A DNA stretch of 64,000 nucleotides, taken from Candidatus Latescibacterota bacterium (GTDB taxonomy: Bacteria; Latescibacterota; UBA2968; GCA-2709665). Shown here piece after piece: positions 30,827 to 40,801 of this stretch. A model generated the notes under the pieces. The model was not told where the DNA came from, made no database searches, and saw only the letters and a list, made by a program, of their open reading frames with translations. Each line of letters begins with the position of its first letter. The stretch's first letter is position 1. The stretch spans positions 704,001-768,000 of the forward strand of contig OZ250150.1 in NCBI GenBank assembly GCA_965237675.1, given 5' to 3'. Position numbers and translations under genes: made by a program.

Positions 30827-30864
30827 TGTCATGCTGAGGATGCCGACAGGCTGACGAAGCATCT
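30827..30864. repeat. REP-like element of the tgtcatgctgag...cgaagcatct type
   Basis: tgtcatgctgaggatgccgacaggctgacgaagcatct resembles intergenic repeats often seen near GIY-YIG nuclease genes; single copy in the window. Confidence 0.45.
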
Positions 30865-31066
30865 CTGGCACGGGCGATTGGAATGATAGATTGACGGCCA
30901 ACGGGATGCGATGGTATCACCAGCCAAAAGTCGTGAGATGCGACAGGTTATACGCCAAAGGATCGGCCGCGTAAAAGCTGCCGATCCTTTGTCTTTTTGT
31001 GATCGCCGCGGCGATGGCGTCCGTCGCCGTAAGCCTGACATCAGGTTTGACGCAATCGGATTATAT

Positions 31067-33142
31067 TTAAACCGAACCCAGGCTTTTCAGGATCTTCGCG
31101 ACAACGGCATCCGTATCCCGTATTCCCAATCCGGCCAGCCGCTCCAGGATCATCCCTTGCGGATCCACCAGGAAATAGGCCGGTATCCCGCGAACGTTGT
31201 AGGCGCTGGTGGCGCCGGAACCGGATGCCCCCGAGCGCACGTGCACCCCTTCGATCCCGTGTTTTTCGATGGCCTTGCGCCATGCGGCGTCGCTGGAATC
31301 CAGTGAAAGGTTGACGAAAACCACCGGCTGACCGGCCGTTTGCTTCTTTATTTTTCGCAGAAATGGCAAATCGCCGATGCAGGGACCGCACCAACTCGCC
31401 CAGAAATCCAGAAGCACCACCTTGCCCCTGAACTGGCTCAGCGACACGGGTTGTCCTTCCAGGTCCGTCAACGTGAAATCGGGCGCATGGCGCCCCGGTT
31501 GCAGCGCCATCGCCTTGTCCAGGACTGCCTGGACCGCCTCGTTGTATTCCGGATGAGGATTGGTCGCCTGGAAATCCCGCCACATGCGGTTGGTCGACGC
31601 AAAACCGTCACGTCCGTGCTGAAAACTACTGATCAGCTGTTCGGCCAGGTACCAGTAGCGCACTCTCCCGTTCAGTTTCTTCTCGGCCAGATCGAACCTG
31701 CGTGGAAGCATGGGTACTGTCCGTTTCTTTATTGCATAGATCGAATCAAGCTTTGCCTGAACCGCCTGCGGCAGGCCCAAGTCCGCGAGATCGAGCTTCC
31801 GCGACAGCCTGAGCGGCTGACGGTTTTCGTACAGCGAGTCCAGTCGGGCGCCGATCTCCGGCGATATGTCCAATCCCGTGAGATCCATCATTTCGGTCAG
31901 TTTCCGCGTCCTGCGAAAAGACCTGAACCCTTTAAACGGATCCGCCCCTTCTTCTTCGGGCAGCCGGAAAACCAGCGCACCGTCCGTCGTATCGATTGCG
32001 AGCTTTTTCAGCTTGCTTGACGTGGCAATTCTGTATGATCCATCACTCTTTTCGTAGAAGGAGTCGAGCCGCGCCTGGGCGGCTTCCGACAAGCCCATCT
32101 TCGCCAGATCGAACATCTCGGATAGCCAGGGCTTTCTCCTGTTGGCGTACATCGAGTCCAAACTGGTCCGGACAGATTGCGGCAGTCCCAACCCGGACAG
32201 ATCGATCATTTTGGATAGCTTCGGGCGCAGTCCGTCCTTTTCGTAAAGCGAGTCGAGTTGGGCCTCGGTCTCCTCCGGAAGATCCAGGCTCGTTAGATCG
32301 TAAATATCGGAAAGACCGGATGACGTGGGCATCTCCATTAATTCCCGGTCCAGCGTCCGGACAAGAAAGGTATGATAGGGATCCACGCCAATGGCCTTTT
32401 CGTCGACCATTGGAATCTGATTCAAGAAATCGTAATATTCCGGAGTAATCTTTCGGTTCTCACGGCCTGTGGCAAACCGGTAATTGGTCGGATAGGAGAT
32501 CAACAGGTATGCGTACGTGTAGTTAAAGTAGCGCGACGCATACTCCACAAATCCTGGAGACAGCGCATAAACCGTGCGCCGCCTGTCCAGGTATTCGAGT
32601 TGGTCCGCGCGCCACCCGTCCACCATGCGAGTAAAAACATCCGCCTCCATTTCCCGGGAGTCCCTGATTTTCCGCTGGAAATCCTGGAATCGGGGGTACC
32701 ATTCGGCAATGAAGCGGTTGTTGTCCGCGTTTTGGCCGCTGAACCGGAACGAAGTGTAGAAAGAACCGGGATGGATGGAAATATGTAGGCTGTCCCCGGG
32801 TTCGACGAAGAAAACCAGTGGACTGGGTTTCAGGAGGAACGCCACGGCCTGCCGCACCGGCTTCCATGTGATTCCCCCGCTCTTGTAGCTGCCCCGGACG
32901 AGGGTCCCCCGGACGAGGGGAATCTCGAGGGCGAAGCGGTTCCGGTTGTCCAGAACCACGCGCTGCCCGGCCTGTTTCCCCAGCGCCGCGGGCGAGTCGT
33001 AACTGAACGTGATTTCCCGCGAGGTCGGCTCCCGGACTTCACCGGTGATAATCGCGACAGATCGTTCGCTGCTTTCCGCGGCAAAGCCGCCAGTCGCCAT
33101 AACGAGTAGGGCGATCAGAATGAGTATACCTGGATTCTTCAT
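31067..33142 (-). CDS. Secreted TlpA/ResA-family thiol-disulfide oxidoreductase with long N-terminal region and internal repeats
   Basis: Signal peptide MKNPGILILIALLVMATGGFA; C-terminal APDFTL, DFWASWCGPC, GIPAYFLVD. Confidence 0.9.
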   Translation of the reverse strand: MKNPGILILIALLVMATGGFAAESSERSVAIITGEVREPTSREITFSYDSPAALGKQAGQRVVLDNRNRFALEIPLVRGTLVRGSYKSGGITWKPVRQAVAFLLKPSPLVFFVEPGDSLHISIHPGSFYTSFRFSGQNADNNRFIAEWYPRFQDFQRKIRDSREMEADVFTRMVDGWRADQLEYLDRRRTVYALSPGFVEYASRYFNYTYAYLLISYPTNYRFATGRENRKITPEYYDFLNQIPMVDEKAIGVDPYHTFLVRTLDRELMEMPTSSGLSDIYDLTSLDLPEETEAQLDSLYEKDGLRPKLSKMIDLSGLGLPQSVRTSLDSMYANRRKPWLSEMFDLAKMGLSEAAQARLDSFYEKSDGSYRIATSSKLKKLAIDTTDGALVFRLPEEEGADPFKGFRSFRRTRKLTEMMDLTGLDISPEIGARLDSLYENRQPLRLSRKLDLADLGLPQAVQAKLDSIYAIKKRTVPMLPRRFDLAEKKLNGRVRYWYLAEQLISSFQHGRDGFASTNRMWRDFQATNPHPEYNEAVQAVLDKAMALQPGRHAPDFTLTDLEGQPVSLSQFRGKVVLLDFWASWCGPCIGDLPFLRKIKKQTAGQPVVFVNLSLDSSDAAWRKAIEKHGIEGVHVRSGASGSGATSAYNVRGIPAYFLVDPQGMILERLAGLGIRDTDAVVAKILKSLGSV

Positions 33143-33197
33143 AAAACGATCCTTCTGAGCGGGTTTCGGGTTATTGCACGCCAAAGTACAAGATTAA

Positions 33198-35054
33198 TCA
33201 AACAATATGCTCAAGTGTAAATTGGAGCAATGGATCTGCTGTCTCCTCATACTTAGATAGTTCGTCCGCCTTCGGTGAGATATCAGGCAGTGTGCCACGA
33301 GCTTCATCGCCCGCTTCAGGCATAGCGGCATAATACATCATTGCTGAAATTCCAAACCTTATCCCGCTCACTGGAAGTAAACCGGTCAAAGCATCGCCCG
33401 TGCTTTGCCTTCTCCCGCCTGTCTCTTCACCTATTAGTTTGCCCAGTCCGTGATCCTTCACGACAGCGGCAAACTCGGCTGCCGCCGAAAAGGTACACGG
33501 ACCAATCAGTACATAGAGATCGCCCGTAAACAGGTCCTCTCGCCGCTGAGGGATTACCAAGTCGTCCGCCTCCGATAGCATTAATCCGGCCAGGTCGCTA
33601 TAACGGGAGTAATTTGAATGCTGCTCGATCAGTAGGTCCGACAGTTTAATATCGACGCGAGACCACATCTTAAACGGCTTCTTTGTAAGAAACTCAAGCA
33701 GAAAAGCGACAAGGTCTGGATTTCCACCACCGTTTTGGCGAACGTCTATGATGAGGCGGTGGGATTTCTTCGCCCTCAATTCACTAAATAGACCTGCTAT
33801 ATACGTCCTTCTATCGTCTGTATCATCGAAACTATCGCAATTAAAATAGCACGTATTATCGTCACGACAGAAATGATGGAACCCTTCTGACTCCTCCCTT
33901 TCAGGTAAGAGGTCGTCATATTCGCGCAACGAAATTAGGTCAATTCGGCGTGTTGAAGTCTTTCGCTTTTCTGCAAATCGCATCGTTACGGGACTTTCGG
34001 TGAACAACGCGCACCACGCTCCGTAGAATCGCTGGTTATCTAAGAATTGCACGAACCGGCGAGTATCCGATTCCCCGGAAATCCTGCACAACGCTGGCTG
34101 CAGAAACTCCTTAATTGGTCTATCGTCTACGGATACAATTGATTTCCGTGTCAAATCCTCCAAACCAGGAATGGTATCCTCTACTACCAAATCGTTAAAG
34201 CGTCGTTTCAACCGAAATGGAAACATAAGAACATCGGGATTGGCTGCTTCAATGATATTTACAGCAGGCATGATCTCCGTATGCCCATCCTTTAAACGGG
34301 CGGCAGCCTCAGCCAGTATGCCTGACAGTTCGGGGTACGAGATATGGCCGCGCGATGCTTCTAGCCGCTGCAGTCGACAGCGAATAGATTTCTTCAGATC
34401 CAGATAGTCCTGTCCGGAAATATGACGCAACGGATAGGGATGTACCCTCTCAAGTGTTGTAAAGAAATACTCTGCGTCGACTTGGCCATCATCGGCGGAG
34501 AACACCAGAGGAGCGAAATTATCGTCCAAATTTCCGCCATTGATGACTTGATCTTGTAATGTGGCAAAAAACGTATAGTTCAACTTTAGACATTTCTTCA
34601 TGCCTGTCAGGACAGTAGGGCTAGGTGCACAAAAGGCCGCTATATGCCCGTCTCCCAAAGGATTGTGGCCGACAGCCGAGAACCCAATTTCGCCCATCCC
34701 GCCTTCGAAAAGCAACTTCTGTTCCTCTTCTGACAGACCAAATGGCGTCTCATTAAACGCTGCAAAGACAAGGTGGTTGGGCTTCGGGTCGAACAAGCCG
34801 TAAACCACATAATTTCCTTTCTTTAGTTCGAGACGTGGGAGACCGTCATTATCGTCCGTGTACCAAAAGGATACGCGTGGTATGGAATGACGCTCCGACC
34901 ATGCCCACCAGTATTCCTTTAGAGCCTGGATCTGTTTTTCCCATCCGGCACAGCCAAAATCAAATATGACGAAAAGCGTATCGCCTGCTGATTCCAATAC
35001 GCGTTCAATTGTCAACGGGGACTGTGATACCGATGAAGGTTTCATAATACTCAT
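33198..35054 (-). CDS. S41 family peptidase with extra N-terminal domain
   Basis: LKDGHT, LIIDVRQNGGGN, TFSAA (catalytic Ser), LIGEETGG; visibly more AT-rich than its neighbours. Confidence 0.85.
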   Translation of the reverse strand: MSIMKPSSVSQSPLTIERVLESAGDTLFVIFDFGCAGWEKQIQALKEYWWAWSERHSIPRVSFWYTDDNDGLPRLELKKGNYVVYGLFDPKPNHLVFAAFNETPFGLSEEEQKLLFEGGMGEIGFSAVGHNPLGDGHIAAFCAPSPTVLTGMKKCLKLNYTFFATLQDQVINGGNLDDNFAPLVFSADDGQVDAEYFFTTLERVHPYPLRHISGQDYLDLKKSIRCRLQRLEASRGHISYPELSGILAEAAARLKDGHTEIMPAVNIIEAANPDVLMFPFRLKRRFNDLVVEDTIPGLEDLTRKSIVSVDDRPIKEFLQPALCRISGESDTRRFVQFLDNQRFYGAWCALFTESPVTMRFAEKRKTSTRRIDLISLREYDDLLPEREESEGFHHFCRDDNTCYFNCDSFDDTDDRRTYIAGLFSELRAKKSHRLIIDVRQNGGGNPDLVAFLLEFLTKKPFKMWSRVDIKLSDLLIEQHSNYSRYSDLAGLMLSEADDLVIPQRREDLFTGDLYVLIGPCTFSAAAEFAAVVKDHGLGKLIGEETGGRRQSTGDALTGLLPVSGIRFGISAMMYYAAMPEAGDEARGTLPDISPKADELSKYEETADPLLQFTLEHIV

Positions 35055-35507
35055 CTCCTGTAAAGTCTATCCTCGCAGGCGGGTATATCGCAGTAATCGG
35101 TCTACGTTGCTCTCACCTCTCGCCTGTTTGCGTGTCATGTGCCTCGTCAGTTCCGGATACGAACTCTGCACGGGAAACGCCAATTCCATCCCATCGAGAT
35201 ATTTTCAAATGTTGTGGATGTAGGTGAGCGGTCCTGTGGAATTCGGCGGCGACGTTGATGTTTCCATCCTGGAACTGAACCCGTAGGACAGTGAGTTCAA
35301 TAAGTTTGTAACTGTATAATCGGTGGCAGCGATTTTGGGTTTGCGTTGCCAGTAGCAATTGCGTCGTTTTCACCGGACGCTATTCCGTCCTCCGCGGCGC
35401 CTCAAAGATAGCCATTCTGCTGTTCCGAAGCGAACAGAAATGTCCGACCGACGGTATGTACATATCCAACGGCACGTCGCGCCGACGCTTGTCGAATCGA
35501 CCGGTAA

Positions 35508-37589
35508 TTATTCCGATTTCCTGGGTTTTTCGAAGATGGCCAGGTGGTTGTTCAAAAGAGCGTAGATATGATCGCCCTTTGGAATAAACATATCGCGCGC
35601 CGGGTCGACGCCTTGGCTTTTCAGGTCAAGAATGTCGAAATTTCGCCTATGTGCGTCATAGTCGGAGAGCCCCAATTTCTCCCGCCGCGAAAAAGTGCCG
35701 TAGCGGGTCTTGACATAAGTCTGGATCGCTCCCCCGCTCAGGGCGTACGCGGATTCTCCCACAATGGTCATTCGTCGGGGAAGACGCGTCCAGGGTATGT
35801 AATCAACCTCCACCGGCTTAAGGCGGTCGCTGATGTCCACCACCGAAATTTCGCGGGGCAGGTGTCGTTCAATATAGGCCCTGTCGTTCCCGACGGTGAG
35901 GGGCCCCAATCCGGGCGGAACAACAAACGATATATGTCTACCGTGAGTTCCGTACGTGTATTTTTCCGTTGCTGCCAAGTTCGGACCGTACTCTTCGAAC
36001 ATTTGAACGAGAGGTTCAGTAAGCTCCGTAGAGGTTGCTTGTTCGCGGAATTCCTGGACCAACTTCTCGTAAGTGGCGGCGCGTCCGAAGCGACGCAAAG
36101 GTATCCGGCTCAATGTTTCAGGCCGCCCGGGATCGGTTAGATCCAGGACTGCGAATTCCTGTCCCAGTGTCAGAAAAGTGTGCGAACCCACTATCTGCAT
36201 TTCCCATTCGTGATCCCACACATGCTTCGTTGTCTCTTCGATCGGCAATACGTGAACGAGCGGAGGCGGACCACTTTTCCTAACGTCGAAACTGTGCAAC
36301 TCCAGAAAATCCTTGCGGAGTAGACCGGCATACAAATGTCCATGAGATACACCCCACCCCACGAGCCGCGGAATGCGCCGCAACCATGGGGTTGGGCCCT
36401 CCTCCACGGGATAGAGCAGGCTTAGCGCCTGCAACTGAGGGCGATTGGGACGGCTGAGGTCAAATGTTACCACACCGACACTATCCTGAAATTCGCCCCA
36501 TACATAGGCGCGGGAGCCGGTTAACGCGAGCCGTTCGAGCCGCCACCCACCCATCTCCACCTGGCCGATCTCGGTAGGAGCCGACACATCCGACACGTCC
36601 ACCACGCTCAGGCCGCGCTCAAGCAGTACCGCAGCCAATTCATTATTAAGCGCCAGACCCATGGCTGACATCTTATATTTCAGGTGGCCAACCGGCGCCA
36701 CCGGCTCAACCGGAGTGCGCTTTTGGCGAGATTGGGTGACGTCCAATCCGATAACGACAATCGTACAGATTAACGCGAGCGCTCCTACGACCCATTGATA
36801 GCGCCTGCTGGCCTGTGCGCTGAAAACCCTGCAGGCGCAGAACAAAGCGCCGCCGACCAGCATGGCAATTGCCCCTGCCCTCGCCAGTATGAAGGATGGG
36901 TCGAAGGCCTGCCGGAGAATTCCGGCGTGGCTGTTCAATTCAAGAGAGAACACCATCCTGAAATAAAACTCGGAGATCTTCGGAGCGAGCGACCCCGCGG
37001 TCACCAATAGGAATATCCCTACCCAGACGGCCATAAGGCTGGTCATCGCCGCCTTGAGTGGACGATCTGTAAGTATGGAGGCCAACACTGAGATACAATA
37101 CGGTATCAGGTAGATAACAAACCACAATAACACCACACGGATGTAACCCACGTCTGACAGGAGTTCCTCAACCGGAAAACTCTCCACGGCCGTGTAAGTT
37201 CTATTCGAATAAGCCCACGATTGGAAGTCCAGGTCACCCCATTCCAGCAGCCCGATGAATGTCCCACCCCAGTACGACGCCAACACCGTCAGCAGCCCCG
37301 CGGCGCCGACCGCGAACTTAACCGTCAGCATTTTCCAGGGCGCAAAGGGTCGGCACAACAGATAAGGCAGCGTCATCCGGTACCGCTCCTGCGCAATGAG
37401 GTCCATACCCATCAGCACGGCACCGAAAAGGCCTACCAGATGGCTCAAAGGCTGAATTTCTCTATGATATGAGAACACCCCCTCTTGAGTGCAGACCAAC
37501 CCGACAACCAGCGCCAGACCGGCGCCCGCGGCGATTTTGTAGGCGGCCTCACGCCCTTCTTTCCAGAAAAGAGCACCAATCGGGTTCAT
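35508..37589 (-). CDS. ABC-2-type permease fused to LVIVD-repeat beta-propeller
   Basis: ALFWKE start, ERYRMTLPYLLCRP...KF EAA-like loop, about 7 TM helices, then blades GLSVVDVSD, GVVTFDLS, FAVLDLTDP, ISVVDISD. Confidence 0.8.
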   Translation of the reverse strand: MNPIGALFWKEGREAAYKIAAGAGLALVVGLVCTQEGVFSYHREIQPLSHLVGLFGAVLMGMDLIAQERYRMTLPYLLCRPFAPWKMLTVKFAVGAAGLLTVLASYWGGTFIGLLEWGDLDFQSWAYSNRTYTAVESFPVEELLSDVGYIRVVLLWFVIYLIPYCISVLASILTDRPLKAAMTSLMAVWVGIFLLVTAGSLAPKISEFYFRMVFSLELNSHAGILRQAFDPSFILARAGAIAMLVGGALFCACRVFSAQASRRYQWVVGALALICTIVVIGLDVTQSRQKRTPVEPVAPVGHLKYKMSAMGLALNNELAAVLLERGLSVVDVSDVSAPTEIGQVEMGGWRLERLALTGSRAYVWGEFQDSVGVVTFDLSRPNRPQLQALSLLYPVEEGPTPWLRRIPRLVGWGVSHGHLYAGLLRKDFLELHSFDVRKSGPPPLVHVLPIEETTKHVWDHEWEMQIVGSHTFLTLGQEFAVLDLTDPGRPETLSRIPLRRFGRAATYEKLVQEFREQATSTELTEPLVQMFEEYGPNLAATEKYTYGTHGRHISFVVPPGLGPLTVGNDRAYIERHLPREISVVDISDRLKPVEVDYIPWTRLPRRMTIVGESAYALSGGAIQTYVKTRYGTFSRREKLGLSDYDAHRRNFDILDLKSQGVDPARDMFIPKGDHIYALLNNHLAIFEKPRKSE

Positions 37590-38485
37590 GGCTGTCCTCC
37601 TGAGTCAGGCCGTACGTGGGCGACGAAGGCCTCCTCCAGACCCACGTCCATGACGTCCAGGATATGCCCGCCCTGCGCCTGGATCCGCGCGGCCTGCGCC
37701 TCGCCGTATTCCGCCACGGTCAACAGCCGCTGCGCCCCCTCTCCCTGCACCTGCCGCAGGCCGGCGATTCCGGTCAATTGGTCTGCGTCTTCCAGCATGC
37801 GCACGACCACCCGCTTGACCGACCCTTTCACCTCGTCCACCGTGCCCTCGATCACCAGGAGGCCCTGCTCGATAATGGCCACACGGTCGGCCACGCGCTC
37901 CACCTCATGGACGAGGTGCGAGGACAGGAAGACCGTGCGACCCTCCTCCTGGATCAGCCCGATAATGCTCTCCAGAAAGTCGCGCCGAACCAGTACGTCC
38001 AACCCGGAGGCCGGCTCGTCCAGGATAAGCAGCCGCGGCTCGTGGCCCAGCGCCAGGGCGAGGGCCAGTTGCGCGTTCATACCACGAGACAGGTGCTTCA
38101 CCTTCTGATCCGGGTCCAAGCCGAACCGTTGAATGAGCGCATCCACCCTGTCCTGGTTCCAGGTTTCGTAGAACTGCCCGGTGAACCAGACGAGTTCCCG
38201 CACTTTCATCCAGCCGTACATCACGCGATTCTCGGCCACGTACCCCACCTGCCGGCGAAGCGCCAGGGAATCCGTCACCGGATTCAGCCCCAGAACCTCC
38301 ACTCTCCCGGCGGTTGGCCGCAGCAGGTTCATGAGTATTTGAATCGTCGTGGTCTTACCCGCGCCGTTACGGCCGAGGAATCCGCAGACCGTACCCGCCT
38401 GCACGTCGAGCCGAAGATCGTCCACGGCCGTGAGTTTGCCGAAGCGATGGGTCAACCCTTCAATTGCGATCGCTGAACCGTTCAT
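37586..38485 (-). CDS. ABC transporter ATP-binding protein (YtrB-like)
   Basis: GRNGAGKTT, LSRGM, LILDEP, SSH. Confidence 0.95.
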   Translation of the reverse strand: MNGSAIAIEGLTHRFGKLTAVDDLRLDVQAGTVCGFLGRNGAGKTTTIQILMNLLRPTAGRVEVLGLNPVTDSLALRRQVGYVAENRVMYGWMKVRELVWFTGQFYETWNQDRVDALIQRFGLDPDQKVKHLSRGMNAQLALALALGHEPRLLILDEPASGLDVLVRRDFLESIIGLIQEEGRTVFLSSHLVHEVERVADRVAIIEQGLLVIEGTVDEVKGSVKRVVVRMLEDADQLTGIAGLRQVQGEGAQRLLTVAEYGEAQAARIQAQGGHILDVMDVGLEEAFVAHVRPDSGGQP

Positions 38486-38504
38486 ATCGACTCCTTGTTC
38501 CCGG

Positions 38505-38894
38505 TCAATCTTCTTTCCGAAACCGGTCGAGGCGTTCCCGGATCACCTGCTCCATTTCCTCAGGACTCAGTTCCAGTTCGACGCCCTGCACCAGCGCCCT
38601 GTCGAGTAGTTCCCTCACGATCTCCAGCTTTTCCTCGCGGGATATGGTTACGTCCCGCTCGGCGACGTACGTGCCCATCCCCCGCTTCTTGTAGATGAAC
38701 CCCTCGCGCTCCAGTTCCAGGTAGGCTCGCGCCACGGTATTCGGGTTGATGAGGTACTGTCGGGCGAGATCCCGCACCGAGGGCAACTCTTCGTGCGCCT
38801 TCAGCACCCCCCGGGCCATCTGGTACCTGATCTGCTCCATCATCTGCAGGTAGATGGGAACCCCGTTGGCGGAATTGATGCGCAGAGGCAACAT
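38505..38894 (-). CDS. GntR family regulator, YtrA subfamily
   Basis: PIYLQ, LPSVRDLA, INPNTVARAY, RGMGTYV; short C-terminus; upstream of ABC genes. Confidence 0.93.
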   Translation of the reverse strand: MLPLRINSANGVPIYLQMMEQIRYQMARGVLKAHEELPSVRDLARQYLINPNTVARAYLELEREGFIYKKRGMGTYVAERDVTISREEKLEIVRELLDRALVQGVELELSPEEMEQVIRERLDRFRKED

Positions 38895-39021
38895 GGCATC
38901 GCTCCTGGTTTGTTCCAACCCATCGTCGCCGGCAATCACGCGCATGCGTGCCGGCATTTCGAACATGCAGTCTGGCGAATTTCAGGTCTCGCCACACATT
39001 GTCGCTGGATATTGCACGGAG

Positions 39022-39081
39022 TATTACTGTATGAGTGAACCGATACAGTAATATACTAATTAATCCGCCCCTGTAAAGCAA
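39022..39081 (-). promoter_or_regulatory. Sigma70-type promoter with adjacent palindromic operator for the GntR-ABC operon
   Basis: Minus strand TTGCTT (39081-39076), 17 nt, TAGTAT (39058-39053); perfect inverted repeat tattactgtat-N10-atacagtaata at 39022-39053. Confidence 0.75.
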
Positions 39082-39319
39082 GTACTTTTTCGCAACCAAG
39101 TTAAACAAAGGGCCGGTACGTGATACCAATATGTAGATAATTTATAAAAGAAACAATATGTTAGTGGAGGGACTTCTTATTCTGGCGGAAACAAAGAAGC
39201 ATTTTGGAGGGGCCGAACGATGCAGGGCACGAGGCAAATCTCGAAAATGTGGTCGAGCACAAAGAGGCGGAAGCATTGTGCAACATTTGTATTTCAACGC
39301 CTAACGCGACCTTAAGAGT

Positions 39320-40513
39320 TTAGAATAAGTCCCGTTGGGTCGACATTAGTTTGTCTGGGGGCTTCGATTCCTCATCGACGCGAATTGCCTCAGATACACT
39401 ATCTGCTGATTCGAATATTTCCTCATCGCATCCATTGTACAATCCACAGTATTTCTCCTGCGGATTCGGATCATAGATCAACTCGATTTCCCCGTTAGCG
39501 AACATTCTCATTTCCCTGACGTCATTGAACAATATTCCCACCTCCTGCTTTGTCATAACGGGAAATCCGTAGTTTTCGTTTCTGTATTTCAACGTACGCC
39601 CTGAAGCTGTTCTTTCCCTTACGAATTCCAGGTGTCTCGCCAATCTCTCGCTAATATACCGATTGGATGATGCCACGATCTCGGTTGTTCTTTTAGCCAG
39701 TGCATCTACAAAGTTAGGGTCAATTTCATAGCCTACGCTGTTTCTACACGAAGCCATCGCAGCCGCCATCGAAGTACCGGTCCCCAAGAATGGATCCAAG
39801 ACTAAATCGCCTTTCACGGAGAACATATTTATTAGCCTGTACGCAAGTTCAAATGGAAAAGCCGCACTTCTCTTGCGGAGATTCTCGTCATCCAGGTCCT
39901 GCTTGGCTCCCTTCAAATCCATCCAGACGTCGGAAAACCATATATTCCTTTCTTCCCAAAAAAAGGCACTTCTCATCCGGAGAAGCTTATCGTTCTGGCT
40001 TACGAACTCTCTCTTTCCACCCTTTCTCAATACAAGGATGAATTCATGCTCCAAGGTTACGTAAGCCCCGGGCGGCAACATTCCACTACCCATAAATTTA
40101 TTCGGTGCGTTCGTCTGTTTTCTCCAGAGTATCTCCGGCAAGGCCTGAAATCCCACTTTCAAACACTGACTCAATATTCTTGAATGGCTTGGATAGAGCT
40201 TGAAGATTCCGTTTATCGTTCGTGTGGCGTCACCCACGTTGATGCATACAATGCCCCCCGGTTTGACGACTCTGTAGACTTCGTTCCATACCTTGTCGAG
40301 AAGCTGATTCATCAACTCGAATGCGCGATTACCATCTTTGCTCTGCAATGCTTTCCCTATTTCAGGATTCTGCCGGGTAAATACTCCATCCCACATCTCA
40401 ATCATAGGATAGGGCGGCGACGTAATCATCAAGTCCACTGAATCGTCCAGGAGTTCTTTCATATTATCGGAATCTGCGTAAAATACCGTATGCGTTGTTT
40501 TCAAGTCGCCCAT
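39320..40513 (-). CDS. Site-specific DNA methyltransferase, beta class, probably N4-cytosine
   Basis: Catalytic TSPPY precedes SAM-binding LDPFLGTGT. Confidence 0.92.
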   Translation of the reverse strand: MGDLKTTHTVFYADSDNMKELLDDSVDLMITSPPYPMIEMWDGVFTRQNPEIGKALQSKDGNRAFELMNQLLDKVWNEVYRVVKPGGIVCINVGDATRTINGIFKLYPSHSRILSQCLKVGFQALPEILWRKQTNAPNKFMGSGMLPPGAYVTLEHEFILVLRKGGKREFVSQNDKLLRMRSAFFWEERNIWFSDVWMDLKGAKQDLDDENLRKRSAAFPFELAYRLINMFSVKGDLVLDPFLGTGTSMAAAMASCRNSVGYEIDPNFVDALAKRTTEIVASSNRYISERLARHLEFVRERTASGRTLKYRNENYGFPVMTKQEVGILFNDVREMRMFANGEIELIYDPNPQEKYCGLYNGCDEEIFESADSVSEAIRVDEESKPPDKLMSTQRDLF

Positions 40514-40600
40514 CTTAGCCCATCATCCTCCAGTCTTGTTCCCTCGCTCAATTGCCATATCCAGTTTCTCTTCCAAATCGACGGGAATTTTACTTTCCCG

Positions 40601-40801
40601 TCAAAATAGTGTCGGCGGGTTTTCATCTGGAATTTCTATTGTAATGCCGTCTTTCTTCTTATCATAATAGACGATAGTTACGTAAATTGAATCAGCCAGA
40701 CTCTGCTTTGATTTAAAGGTGATTGGTTTGATTGAAAACGGCTGGTCGCCAACAAATCCATCGATTCCTTGTGCCTCTTCATACGGATGTGCCAGACGGT
40801 A
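40601..40801 (-). pseudogene. C-terminal remnant of an MjaI-like type II restriction endonuclease
   Basis: Hand translation YRLAHPYEEAQGIDGFVGDQPFSIKPITFKSK...VYYDKKKDGITIEI..., PD-(D/E)xK-like; no start codon; adjacent to the methyltransferase. Confidence 0.7.

Noticed and set aside
39299-39327. attC-like pair (TCTAAAC...GTTAGGC) after the methyltransferase stop
   Set aside because: The spacing is far too short for an attC, there are no L boxes, and I found no integron integrase or repeated sites.
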